From: Camelus dromedarius
Lineage: Eukaryota
Direction of reading: 5' to 3'
Assembly: GCF_036321535.1 (NCBI RefSeq)
Contig: NC_087437.1
Location: 65,226,001 to 65,290,000 of the forward strand
Length of the DNA stretch: 64,000 nucleotides
The notes below the pieces were generated by a model that did no database searches, was not told the DNA's origin, and worked only from the letters and a program-made list of their open reading frames with translations. Every line of letters begins with the position of its first letter. Position 1 is the stretch's first letter. Both the position numbers and the translations under genes were made by a program. Below, one piece after another: positions 1 through 13,747 of this stretch.

Positions 1-1024
1 ATGGGCATCATAAATTTGTGGTTCACATTACAAATGAGAAGGTTGCTAAGGGCACCCTGGAGATGATGAATTGGGAGCTTCACTTCTGCATGGTGCAAGC
101 TGGTTGGGAACAAGGAACCAGGTTTTTTCCCAAAGGGAAAATTTCTTTGATTTATACAGTAGTTTTTTTGAAAAAAATTAAATAGGCGTTTGAGCCAGGG
201 AAATCAGTGGACCAAATTATTTTAGAATTGCAAAATGTCTTTTACAAGGGCAAAAACGCTTTTTAACCAAAATTAGTTGACACGGACTGAGAATTTGTTG
301 GCATATTGTATCAATTAGAGCCCAGGCAGAAAACAGGTGGCACACTCAAACTGGGTAATCAGAAGATAATTTTAAAGAGGAATGATACACAAATGTGTAA
401 ATGTGTGGGCAGGGTACAGGAAAGCCACAAGACAGAGTGCAATATCCCGGCTAGTAACAATCTAGAGTGGCCTAGAAAGGGGAGAAGAAAGAGGTCATTT
501 GAACCCAGAATTGGTAATCGCGGAGAGAGCCACCTATATAACCACCTTCAGTGGAGGGACATGGCCAGTGCCAAGTGTCGTGGAGGGAAGACTGCATGCA
601 GCTGGGAAACCAGAATAGACATGTCAACCACACTCTTCTTCCTCCCACCCATCTCCTGCCGATACACTCCCATTAGATTAGCCCCTCTGGAAGCTGAGGG
701 CAAGGGAGCTGGTTAGGGCAGGCGGTAGGGATCAGCCTCCTGGGAGACAGACCACGAAGGAGAAAGTTGGGGAATGGATCATGTGACCAAACAGAAGACA
801 TCCAGGTCACATACATAGAAACAGGCACTACCATCTCTACTGCCATTTTTATTTTTGTGGGTCTGTCTCCTCTACCAGGCTGACCTCCCTGGGTTCACAA
901 ACTGTGTCTTATTCCCAGTGACCTAGTACAATCTCAGTGTCTAGTACAGTGCATGGTGCATAGAAGGTCTTTAATAAGTATTTGTTGAAGGGAAGAATGA
1001 ATGAATGAATGACTATTTACTTGC

Positions 1025-2938
1025 CTTTCTGTGAACTCTCCAGGAGGTTCCTCCATGGGAATACCTCTTTTTCTTCCACTGCAGGAGGACCATCCCTCTC
1101 TCTTGTAACAAAGTGGCACAGATATTCCTCATCAGCACAGACACCTGGGAGAGCTGGGACAGACTGATGCTGTCCAAGAACCCAGCAATGTACTGCAAAA
1201 TCTCCAGGGGCAGGCTGGTTAGAGAATTCTGGCTTTTTCCTTCGCGGCCTGAGAGACGGTTATTCTTTCTTCTCTCACTCAGCTCTGAAGCAACGTCCGG
1301 CTTGATGGCAAAGGTCTTGAGCTCCTGACTATAGATCACTTTTGCCTTTTGCCCTGGGGGACGGAAATGGTTTTGAATAAAGGTACATCCCAAGTAGGCA
1401 AGGGGGCATCGATGCTGGAACCAGCCATTGAGACATGACTGAATGTCTGTGTGAACATTCTTGAAGTGTAGGGGGAATTCATCCCTCCTGAAGAATTTGT
1501 TGCAAATGAAAGTGAAGGCAGAGCTGCTCTTGTTGTGTCTCCTGGTCACACACTCACTGTGGAGCTCCACGTGGAGACCGTTCAGGTTGGCAGTGGTCAG
1601 GAGGTCAGCCAGCACTGTGCCAGAGGAAAACTGTTCTGGCTCAAAACTGTATGTCTGTGTAGCAAAATCCATGAACAGTCCATCAATGCTTCTGGATTCA
1701 GAGATGACATGGCCTTTGAGTTCTCTTTCCAAAGCACACAGGAGGGTGGTCTTGATGAGATCTGATTTGGGCAGGTCCTCCACAGTGATCCCTAAATCAG
1801 AAGTATCTACGGCCTTGTGTTCACTTGGCCTACAACTCAGCATGGCATCTCCGAGGCGAGCCCGCTTCCCACAGTAACTCCAAGGAACCCTGAAGGTATA
1901 AACAGTCTTCACTTCCTGAGCCTCAAGTTTGCCATAAACAAAGTCTCTCTCTTTAGGTGTACAAGCAGGCATCTGACCAAAGTGAATAAGCATCCTCCCA
2001 TTGTGCACCAGGTACATATTATAGTCCTTTGCATCCACAGCTGTCTTCAGCCTTTCCAGAACGCCATCCTGCCAAGGGGCAAGCCCTGTCTTTTCCACGG
2101 CTGCATTAAAGTCCTGCTGCTTCTGGTTTCCCTGTAATTCTTTCCCCTTGGCAGCACCCTCCTCTCCTGAGTTACTGCCGCTGGAAACCTGTTCTTTCTC
2201 TGGGCCGTTCCTGCACTTGCTCTCAAGGCTCGCCGATGTGCTTGTTAAAGCAGAGGCCGCGTGCTCTTTACTGAACATATTTTCCCACTTGTCAAACTTG
2301 GCCAGGTCCATCCCTTCTTTGGTTTTGGCTAACACCTCTCGTTCTTCTTGGCTCGGCTCTGCCACCTCTCCATTCATGGCTGCCAGGGAGCCGTGTGTTA
2401 CCAAACCGGCATCTGCTCCACCCACCGCTCCTCCCATTTCCTCCCAGCTGGATTCACCGTTGGTCGCAGGCTCCTCCTCAGTGGGCTCTCTGGTTTCTGG
2501 GAAAAGCTCTACCATTTTCAAAGATCTGAAAAGGGCCTTCTGGTCCTGGAGGGCCAGGGCGGTGTCCAAACACTCCTCACTGGGGGTCTCTTTCATGATG
2601 TTCTCATGAAGGGCTGTTTCGGAGTCCACGTTCGGCCAGCGGTTCCACTCCATAGAGCAGCAGACCACGCTGGCGGGGCACACGTGCAGGTGCTTGGCCA
2701 GCTTGTGGCGGGACATGGAAAGGGGGCAGCCGTATTCGGAGTTGAGGCACGGAACCTGCTCTAAAGGGCAGAGGAGCTCGTGCTCTTCCTCTTTGCACAT
2801 GTGGAAGGTAGCGCCACAGGACAGGCGGCAGCTTATCACCGGGCAGGAGACAGTGGGCTCCACAGGAACATGGCAGTGCCGGTTGAAGCATCTCTCACAG
2901 TGCCTGTGCTGCCCTGGGGGAGGCCTGCGTGCCCGGCC
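1025..2938 (-). CDS. FBXO40: F-box only protein 40, main coding exon (TRAF-type zinc finger region to F-box)
   Basis: ORF 1013..3046 encodes GRARRPPPGQHRHCERCFNRHC...LTSLPLEILQYIAGFLD (F-box)...GGTSWRVHRK, matching recalled FBXO40. The acceptor ctccAG|GGC starts the exon at 2938 and the donor AAG|GCAAGT ends it at 1025. 1914 nt = 638 codons. The terminal coding exon is not in the window. Confidence 0.95.
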
Positions 2939-3824
2939 CTGGAGACACCGAAGGCAAGGGGAAGGAGAGAACAAATGACTGCTGCAAGAGGAGCTCTGTG
3001 AGTGTCTGGGAGCGTGTTTTAATCGACTTATTTTCTGCTGATACATGCTACATGCTCATTGCAGGAACCTCAGAAAGTATAGACAATCATAGAGAAGAAA
3101 GCAAAAATCACTCATAATCCCACAACCCAGAGATAACAACTATCAACAGTCTTCTCTTTATTTCCAATAGTTTATTCTATGTATGTAGTAGATGTGCTGA
3201 GAATAGAAAAAAACAAAGCTGAATGTAATGCACTACAAGGTTGTCAGTTATTTCTGAGCTGTGGATTATGGAGGATTTATATGACATAGTTAATACTATG
3301 GATACAATTTTTCATCTGGCTTTAACTTGCTATTATGACACGTCTGGGGGCTTTTATTAATTATTCTTTGCATACTTTCTTCATAATGGCTGTGAGTGTG
3401 CTGTCATTCATTTAATCAACTTTACCTACCACCAGGGGGCGTGCCGGGAGCATATGAGGCATGTCTGGTTTTGTTCACATCTGCATCCCCAGCACCTGTC
3501 ACAGGGCCTGGACCACTGTAAGTACTCATTAATCTTTGCTGAATGAAGGAATTGTTAGCCATTTAGATTATAGCTGGATTTTTTGCTTCTTCAAATGGAA
3601 AGTTTTACTAAAAATCTTTGCTCTCAAATCTTTCTCAGCTCTCTGCTTGCCCTCAACTCTGTGTCAGTTGCTTCTAGGTTCTGCTCTAGCATCTTGTCCG
3701 GCAAAAAGCCAATATATATTATCAGACTAAAAAGACAAACCTGCCAGCTGCTTGGGCTACAGGCTAAATGAAGCGAGACCTGGACCTCTGAAAGGTGAAG
3801 GTGTTATAAGCACCTCATACTTAC

Positions 3825-3857
3825 CATAGCTTCCAAATTTCGGCTTGCTTTGTAACT
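3825..3857 (-). CDS. FBXO40: FBXO40 33-bp exon contributing only the start codon (ATG at 3827-3825)
   Basis: Minus strand reads tttccccctAG|agttacaaagcaagccgaaatttggaagctATG|GTAAGT. The phase-0 junction gives M-GRARR, consistent with the FBXO40 N-terminus. Confidence 0.85.
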
Positions 3858-4579
3858 CTAGGGGGAAATATAAAAATGTGAATGAGCGATTAATAAGAAA
3901 AGCATTTTGATTATCTATATTCACAAGGGCCAAAGAGACTTCACATAATCTCTCATGTAATACCTTCCACCACCTTTGAAGTAAGTTTCATGGCTCCCAT
4001 TTGACAGTCAAAGACACAGAAGCTTAAAGAAGTTAAATATCTTGTACAAGGTTATACAGCTGCTAAGCGATGGAATCAGGTTTCCAACCAAGGCCATTCT
4101 GACCCATACTCTATGCTGCCCTCTGATGGGCCATCTTAACAACCATGGGATGTGTAACTTCTGCTTCCTGTAACTTTTCTCTATTGTCCACCAACACTTA
4201 CCCTGGTATCTCAACCCTTACCCCGATCTAGCCCAAGTTACCCCTGTAGCCTTTCTCTCCCACTGGGGCTTCATGTCCACTTAGAGATCAGCCTGATATC
4301 CAGCTTGGAGTGGGGCAGTATGCGAGTGTCTGTAGAAGTATCCATCATGTGTCATTTGCCCTGGTGTACTCAGCTGTTCTGAGGCTAGAGCAGGAGTCTA
4401 ACCCTAAAGGCACCAGAAGCAGGCTGTGTGGGGACCCTGGCAAGCAGAGGAGATGATGCCCTAACTTCAGAGGACGGCATCTCCTCACCTCTGGTCCATT
4501 GGTCCCATGTGGGAATGTGTTGCCAGATCTTCTTATGTTTCAGAGAAACCAGGGATGCAGACTTTTGTGAGTGGTGATA

Positions 4580-4815
4580 CAGTGCAGTGGTTAGGGGACA
4601 AACTGCATTGGCGTCAACCCTGGCACTACAAGTCAGTAACTGTGAGACATTGGGAACGTTACTTAACCTCTTTGTTCATCAGTGTCCCCATCTGTGAAGG
4701 GAGGGTAATAGTTGTACCTGTCTCACAGTGCTGTCGTGAGGAGTGAGTCACACACACCTGAAACTCTTAGCACAGTACTTGTCTTGTAGAAAGTGATCTA
4801 TACACGTTTGCTATT
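4580..4815. mobile_element. MIR SINE remnant
   Basis: ctgtgagacattgggaacgttacttaacctctttgttcatcagtgtccccatctgtgaagggagggtaatag matches the MIR core. Confidence 0.65.
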
Positions 4816-5829
4816 GTAAAACAAGTAATTTATATTTCATTGTAATATAAAATATTTTATTATATAATATATCAAGATAAAAATCCTTGGAATTTAAAAT
4901 GTTGGCAACTAATTTAATTTTTTTCTATTTTGACCAATGAAGAACATAAATGCAGGTTAGATAGGATTGGTAGGTTGCTAGTTTGTAATATCTGGTCTAG
5001 AGAATTTAGAGCATAATTTTAGCACTGTGTTAGTCTGGGATGGAATGGGGAAGGGTGAGGTTAGCACCCCAAAAATCAGAAGATGCAGTATTTTTAAATT
5101 TCATTTTATTTTGCTCTAGGATTTGCCAATTCATTGTGGATGAATTTTCCTCCAACTAAAAAAAATTCAAATATACATAAAAAGTGAAGTAATATATGCA
5201 ATGAACCTAAATATACTCTACCTAGATTCAATGGTTATTCACATTTTGCCAGTTTCACTTTCTCACTCTCTTTACACAGACACAGACAGACACACCCACA
5301 CACACGCATTTTTTACCAAACCACTTGAAGATAAGTTGCTGTTATCATGACACCTCATTTGTAAGTACTTCGGCATATTATTTCTTAAGAATAAAGTCAT
5401 CTTCCTTTGTAACTATAACAACATAATTTCACCTAAGAAAATTAAAAATAATTTTCTAATATCATGTAACACGTTGTCTTATTCGAACTTCCCCAATTAT
5501 CCCCAAAATGTTTTCTCTACTTTAAAAAATTTTTTTGAACCAGAATACCTTTAAGGTGAATTTATTACATTTAGTTGTTAAGTCTTTTTAGCCTCTTTTA
5601 GTCTGGAAAAGCCCCCTCAACTTTTCATTTTTAGAAGATACAGCCTTAAATCTCAAGGAAATTGTATGCTAGTTCACTCATGTATTCATCTGTTCATTCA
5701 ACAAACCTTTTTTGATTACCTACTATGTGCCAGTAAGTGAGCATAAGGGTCACCTGGACTGTTTGTTAAAGTGGCTTTAAACATTATCATTCATCAGTAT
5801 CAGTTGTGCTGCCTATTAAATATATAGAT

Positions 5830-6040
5830 CCACACTGTTCAATATGGTAGCCACTGGTCACATGTGGCTATTTAAATATAAGTTAATCAAAATGAAATAG
5901 AATTAATAATTCAGCTCCTCAAGTCATACTAGCTACATTTCAAGTGTTCAGTAGCCCCATATGTTTAGTAGCTATTCTGTTGGACAACAGAGAAGAGAAT
6001 ATTTTCATCTTCATAAAACATTCAATTGGACAACACTGCT
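5830..6040. mobile_element. MER3-like hAT-Charlie DNA transposon remnant
   Basis: ctgttcaatatggtagccactggtcacatgtggctattta...ctagctacatttcaagtgttcagtagcc...ttggacaacactg. Confidence 0.7.
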
Positions 6041-9000
6041 GTAAATGCTGGCTGCACCCCTGACTTGAGTGAAGGGTGTGTCCTGGAATTTACATTCTTA
6101 ACACATTCTCCATCTGACTTGTATCTACTCGGACTACTGAGTGTGGAAGAGGGTCATGCCAGAGGGCTCTATATCCTAATAGCCTGAATCAGAAGGCAGG
6201 CGAGAAGGTACAAGCCAGAACATGAACAGGTTCAGGGCCAAGCAGAAGATAAATCAGCTAGAGAGGGAGCTAGGCAGAATGGAAGGGCTGTGAGGGTTGG
6301 ACTGAGATGGAGCAGAATAGGATAAGGCAAAGAGCACATCTTTTGGATGCAAGAGTTCAGCTTCTGGATCTTTAACATACAATTTAACATTCAAGGGGCT
6401 CCTGCCATATTCCAGGTCACTCCTAGGGAAAAAAGGCCATTACAGACTTATGGAAATTCACAAATGTTAGGCTCAAGCATCGGGAATTATTTGGTGCTCA
6501 GTAAGGAACCATTTAACATTGTAATTGGGGTGTTAACTAGCAGTGGTGGAGGGATTGGGCAGAAGAACCTAGAGTTAGAAACTGCTGTGTAGAGAACATG
6601 ATGGGGGCTTAGATGGGTAAGACTGATGACAGTAGAAACAGGCAAGATGAGACAGATAGGAGACATTCAAGGGAGAATCAACTAACATTTTTGTTTCTGG
6701 TTGAGATGGGGAAAGAAGAAAAAATATTGGGTGTAATTCTGAGAAAAATAGAGGTTTAAGGGGGGAACTGTTTTTGGAAGATATATGGGTCCAACAAGTT
6801 GCTTTAGGTGATGACAGATCACACAGGTGGAAAGATGAGGGGTTAGCATATAGAGATGCAGACTTGAGAATTATCCACTTAAAAGTGAGAGGAAGCCATA
6901 ATTGGGGAAGTGAGAACACAGAACAGAAATATGAGCCGTGAAGTACATGGCTGATTATGACCACTTTGGGGACATTAAGAAGATGTAGAGCCAGAGGAGA
7001 CCAGAGCTAAGAGAGTCAGGACTATGTTGCCAGATGGAAAGGAAAGGGGGAGTGATAGCCTCCAAAGCGGCCATGAGGTTAATTAAAAACAGTGAGGACA
7101 ATGCCACTGCTCATGGCAGGTCCTCAAAGAGCTCTTGCCAGAGCATATGTGTTTCAGCTATGCAGTGGGACCCTTGGCCATTCAAAATCTGATGTTTGTT
7201 CGGAAGGGAGGAGAAAGCTATTAAGTACATACTCCAATGTTGGCAGGGCCTGTGCCCTCGCTGGAGAATGTGACAAGCATTCATCAATAAGAATGGGGTC
7301 TGGATGACTCAGAGTCCCCTGTTGGCTTTTAGGTGGGAAAGAAAAGGCAGATCACAAATGGGGTAAGGCTATGTGAAAAAAGCTACCAGCACCAGGAATG
7401 TCCAAATTCATATTTGCCAGCCTGGTTCTGTCAAAGAGTTGAGCCCAGTTCCCATGAGGGCAAAGCAGCCCTAGTTTGTTCCGTGCGCTCCATGTGTGTA
7501 GTGAGAACTCGGCCCCTGTTGGCAGGAGGGACAGCAGTGTTGAACTCTAGCCTAATCATTCCTTATCCTACAACATTGTAAAGATGGTTCTTAGGAACAG
7601 TGTTACTGAAGCTGGAAACATTTGTGGTGGAGCCTTACTGCTCTCCATCTCTTTGAAGTTATTTGAAAATACCGCTTTAAGAGAAAAGAAAAGCAATGCA
7701 AGCAGGCGACAAAGATGCTGTTGCTATTTTGTTTTGCTCTATGTTGCTATTTAAAGATCTTCTGCCAGGCTCTGGAGCTACCCCAGATGAGTGACTTTGA
7801 GAGAGGACATGCACTGAGGAGAAAGACAGTGGGTGGAGACCCCTCTTTGGAGACATTTGACAGTAGAGGAAAGGAGAAGATAAATATAGCCTAAGGGCAT
7901 AAAACAAATCACACCTGAACCTTTTGTTGTGTACCTGGGGGAAATTGTTCCTACTAAGATAAAGGATGACCCAAAATTGTTAATAGTCTAATTATTGCTG
8001 GAGAAGCAGGGTTACTAGTCGTCCTGGTTTGAGCACTGAAAGACTCAGCTCCCAGGAAACCTCTTAGTCCCAGGTAAACTTGGACAGCTGATTAACCACC
8101 TTAGGTTGGAGCCAACTGGTATTGCCCCAAGTTAATCAAATTAGATTGATCATTGGTTGTCCTGTAACATGAGACGCCCTGTTCTCCCAATTCCTGTTCC
8201 AGTGCAATGACTAGATCCTCATCCTCCATGGGGTTTGTCTGACTTTCCCAGATTGAGTGATTTCTCTAAATTTTGGATGTTATGGAAGAAGAGAAGTAAG
8301 ATATTAGTGCTTAAAATGTGCTTTTCATAACTTCCCATTTAATTGTCACACCGATCATGTGAGGTAGGTATTAACATTTCCAGTTTACTGATGAGGACAC
8401 TGAGGCACAAGGTAGCCTAAGTTTGGCTTCAAACTCTACTCTTTGCTACATCACACTGTGTTAATCAGAGACCCACAGAGACACGTGTGGTCCATCTCCA
8501 TGATTTGGGAAGAATGCAAGCCCATGGCTAGATTCTACCAGGAGAGAGCCTCTTCTCCCCCATTTGGGGCACAGAAAGGTGTCTACATGTATAATCTTCC
8601 CAAACTGTAGAGGAGCTGGATGCTTCACATGAGGAAGCACCTCCATTCCTATGATGATATTTTTGATCCTCCTCTGGATCATATCCCATACTGTGCCCTT
8701 CTGAGCGGAGGAAACAAGAAGACTATCCAGGTCCCAGGCCTTTGCATTTCAGGGAATACAGATATAACAGGGAAGATTTTCAGGGTTAAAAATCTGCACT
8801 ACAATATGGATTTTGAGGTTTAAAATGAAACACCTATTAAATCAAAGCACATAGATTATAAAAACTCTTCACTGTGAAAAAAACCTGACAAAATTCAATG
8901 CCTGAAACAGAGTATGGTTATCCAAGTGCCATTTCCCCCTTCAGTTTCTGTGCCCCTATGTTCACCTCCAAATTCTTGCTTCTTGTCTGAAAAGGCAGTA

Positions 9001-12000
9001 GGTACCTTCCCTCCTCCTAAACATGAGCTTCCATCAAGTCTATGGCCAAAACGCTTTCCCCGCTTAAACTTCATCCAGTACTATGAGTGAAAAATCTCAT
9101 TCTGTGTAGATCTTTCAACTGTTTAAGTCTAAATTATATTTCTGTGACTGTCTCCTCTAGACAGGGGAACTTTAAAACATATTTTGGGGAGACACATTCC
9201 TACTCCTATAAAATAATAATGTAATTTATTACATTATATCAAAATAATATAATTATTATATTATATCAAAATAATGTAATTTAGACTTAAATAGTTGAAA
9301 GATCTACAAAGAATGAGATTTTACTGGTTGTAGTGGATGCAGCTTAAGTGGAATATAAGTAGGTGGAAGGACCAGGTACATGAGTTTAGGGATGAACATT
9401 TCTTTAAAGAAACAGGAGAGAGTTTAGAACCTGGCAAGGGAGCAGAACTTTATTGATCCAGGTTGTGGTGCTCTGTGGATGACTCAGAAAGGAGTAAGTT
9501 AATGAGCAAAGTCAAGTCAGTGGTCCTTAAAATGTGGGACCCAAACCAATAGCATCAGCATTATCTGGGAACTGGATAGAAATGTACGCTATTGGGCCCT
9601 ACAAATCAGACCTACTTAATCAGACCTACCGAATCCAGCTGATTCTGCTGTAAGCTCAAGTTTGAGAGCTAGAAGAGCTGGATATTGTGCTTTCAGTCAC
9701 AAAGAAACTACTGCCCAGTTAGGTAGGAAGGCCTTAGAGAAAGATCTGAAAGGGCAGTTGGCAAATCTATCCATTTCTTTCCATCTCCACCACCACTGCC
9801 CAGGTCCAGGCACCATCACGATCTCATCCAGTCTGGTGCAACAGCCTTATAATCAGTCTCACTCCTCCCGTTTTGTGCCTCATAATCTATATTCGCCAGC
9901 AGAAAAGGTGATTTTAACCACTTTTAACATTAGATCATTACTCTCCTATTTAAAATCTTTAGGGGATTTCATCCCATCACAAGGAATAATCTCTGTCCTT
10001 ATCTTGCCCACAAGGCCCTACACAAGTGTCCCCTGCTTGCCTCTTTTGCCTTACCCGTCCCTCTTGAGCACGTAGCTCCAGCCTTGCTGCTCAGCCTTGG
10101 TGCACGGCCTTGGCACTTGGTCTTTCTCCCAGGAGAACTCTCCCCTTGCTTCTTATTTGCATTGTGAGCTCTTTTTGCCATTTAGATTTCAGCTTGTGTC
10201 TTACTTCCACAAAGATGTCTTACCTGGCACCCCCAATCTAAAGTAAGTTAATAAACACTCTCCTGTTTTGCTGAGTCATTTTGGACAAGTTATTGAATCT
10301 CCCTAAAGCTAATTTATTCATCCATTGTGTGAGGATCAAATGAGATAAAGTAGGAGCATGTCTACTATACAACAGTCACTCAATTGTTAGTGCTTCCTCT
10401 ATCAGGAAGGTCATTCTCACGGTCACACCCTTGTCCAGACCTCTATTTCTTCCCATTGCATCACTCCCACAGCCCTTGGCTGGCCTTTCAATTTTCAGTT
10501 CTCTCTCATTTCAATTTACTTTACACATGCTGCCAGCTTAATCATCCTCAAACCCCACTGAAAAAAAAAAACTTACTTCACACCTTTAAGGATGTGTATC
10601 TCCCTAATTTCCCCCACTTTGGCCCCTGGTAATCACCACAAAGCAGTCATTCCTCAAGCACGTAAGAATTCAAACAGTACAGCAACCAGCCTGGAGGACC
10701 TTTTAGATGCCACTAAGGCAACGTGAGGGCATCTTTATTTCATAGGCCCAAGCTGAGAATGTTTATTGTTTACCTACATTAGTCTGTTCATTAATTTAAA
10801 AAGGAAGGTGTCAGTTTAGACTTGGCATCTCTCTTGCGATTGGCTGCGGGTGTTGGTACAACCTGAAGGAAGTTGCTGGTGATGGTGTGAACCTGATGAA
10901 GGGCATAAACAGGGCAGAAGTGCTGTGATCTGTGGAGTGTGTGCAGGCTGTGAGGGGACCTGAACTTCAGCCAAGAGCAGGCACGCTCCTCGAGGGACGC
11001 AGGGCCGGTTTCTGAGGGACTGAGAGTGAGTACAGCCAACACGGCTCCCAGCACTCAGTCAGCCTTTAGTGAAGAGGACGGCAGTGAATAGAACTGAACA
11101 GGACCCTGATGAAGGCAGTGTTTTGAAAGAGCTGTGAGAGCAATTTGAAGCAGATCTAGGAGGAAAGTATAATGATATCTGATGTATTTGGGATTTTTGT
11201 TGTTGTTGTTGTTTTGGTTTTGTTTTATAGGAAGGAAATGAAATGTTTTCAACTTTATTAGGTTACTGCAGCTTTAACTGAATGGAAAAGACTCAGAGGA
11301 CTCCAGTTTTAACAGATACTCTGAATGCTGCCGGAATTGTTTTCAGGGGGTTACAGTACTTGTTGTAAACCCTTGCAGTCGTAGAATCAGAACTCTGGAT
11401 CAGGCAGATAACCAGAAATTCTCTGCTCTGGAGCTGCTCAGACTTCAGTGTGCATAGGAATCACCTGGGCAACCTTCTTAAAATGCAGATTCTAATCTGG
11501 TAGGACAAAGGAAAGGGGCTATAGAAGAAACTGGGACCCAGGGGAGCAATGTGTCTTGCCCAAGTTCCCAGAGTCTCTGATTCTAATCACATACTTTTCT
11601 TTTTTCTACTTCACCTTGATGGTTTATTGAGAATTTCTGTAGAAATCACAGCCCCACACAGAGCTACCTGCATGACAATGGCCAAGGGTGTGTGTGCAGT
11701 TTAGATGGTACCAAGAGCAAAGCTGGACAGGGCCTGGAAGAATGAGGAAGCGGTGGTGACCAAGTGACAAGGTCACGAGAAGGCACATAGCAGGTATATT
11801 TAAGTTTCTGACTCAAGCAGAAGAGAATGGGATTAGCAGATAATTGTTCTAACATTCTTTACTATAATTTTAAAGTTAGTAGGCAATCAGGGTTGGTGTC
11901 AGCGAGATATTTTTAGGCAAGGGGCCCTCCCAGCACCCCTCACATGATGTCAGCGGTGAACTATTTTGCCTCCTCATGTGGCTAGCTCTGGCAATAATTA

Positions 12001-13747
12001 TTTATTCCTGAGCTTTAACTTCAGTGGAAGTGACAAGGTCAAAAGTTAAAAGACAGAGATTCTTTAACTGTTAACCTATTAACCAGCCAATTAATCTGTT
12101 GCTTTAATTACACATTGTTCATCTGTTTCCCTGCTTTAATTCTAGGGAAAAAAATTTATACAGTTAAATATTAAAGTAATCCCTTTGCCTTGAGATTTTA
12201 ACACAACCAGTTGGTTGAGGATAATTCCCACATCTGGTCCCATAATCCTGGACTTTGGGGCTATGATTTCAGCCCTTTCACTATACCCTAAAAACCATCC
12301 TCCCCCAAATCTATTCAACCTCACCACCTGCATTCTCTACCACACTGGAAATCTCTCTACCTTTAAACTTTCTACATATTTAATTAGCTAGTTAATTCTC
12401 ATATGTGGTGCTTATATCATTGGTAAGAGTAATTTAAACTACCCTTTTATATTGGCCAAGAAAGTGCTTTATTGGATTATTTAGAGGTAGCTCTGAGTCA
12501 GCCTGGCTGCTTGGTTACTGCCAAGCCAATATGACCCAGTCATGCTAGAACAGTACCCAGCATATACCTTGAAGACCTTGGTGCCATGGAAACCCTGACA
12601 AAATTAAATGAAGTTAGGCAATTATACACAGTGCATTTGATTGTGCCTAGCAAACAGGCATAATTTTAACCCAGATACCTATAGCAGAGTTATGGGATGC
12701 ACCTGGAGGTTACAGCGGCAGGCAGGCAGGAACTAGGAGTTAGGGTGTCTGGGTAGATCTCCTTTCACTTGGCAATCGTAGCTTTAGCCTGTACACTGCA
12801 AAGTTCAGAGTGTACAGAATCCCTTATGCTGCACAGGCCACTTCCCAGGATGTCCTTAGCTGAACTTTTAACTATATAACACTAAAGCAAGGTCCAGAGG
12901 AAAACAGGAAAGTAAACACTACTCCCTTATCCCTTGCCAATTTGTTTGTACATGCAACACTATGCAGTTATTCCAAAAGCTAGAAATAATCTGTCTACAT
13001 TTTAAAGCATTTGATACCTCAAGTATCATTAATCATTTTACTTTCGTCCCTCTGGATATGCAAATTCCAAGTTTATAGCAATTTTTGGTTTGCATGCCTG
13101 TGTAAGTTTGTCAATTTGTAAAATACTTTCACTTATATTCCGTGGATGCATTTTGGATTCAAGAGAGCCGGGGAGGAGAGAACCATATTTAGGGAATATT
13201 GTTAGAGGAAAATAGGTTTTAAACTCTGCAGGAAGAATTTTAATCGTATATGCAGTAAATACAATTGTGCTATATTAACATAGGGGATGGAATTCAAAGT
13301 ACCTGAGAATGACTTGCAATTAACAGCAAGTGCTGACTGGGGAAAGATCACAACATTTGGACTTTAGAAAATAGAAATCCTGGTTTCTGGACCTTCCACC
13401 TCTTTCCTCACCACCTCCTCCCGCCCCGTCCCCCATCCTGACCCCCCATCACCGCAGTGTAACCTTAGAGATATCACATAACCACTATGATTGATTGTAG
13501 AAGAAAGAACCTAAGCTGTTAAAAAGTAGGTAATCTCTTCCTGCTCTAGGGTTTTAGGTTCAAAGCAGGAGTTTACGAATGGCTAGGGCTCATTCTCAGC
13601 ACCAACCTCTTCTCCCCCAAGTGTAACTAATTTGCTTAACAACCCTCTTGCCCGGAGCAAAAAGGTGATATCCTGCCCAGCCTCTGTCTCCATGTTCACC
13701 ACTCCAAATGTCCCCTTGACAAACCTGCTCGCAATTGAAAAGCTTAC

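Noticed and set aside
2939..3046. N-terminal 36 aa of the 677-aa ORF (MYQQKISR...CLQ)
   Set aside because: This is intronic read-through upstream of a clear polypyrimidine/AG acceptor. The real ATG is in the 3825-3857 exon.
1113..3117. Multiple plus-strand ORFs overlapping FBXO40
   Set aside because: These are antisense shadows of a long coding exon with no recognisable protein similarity.
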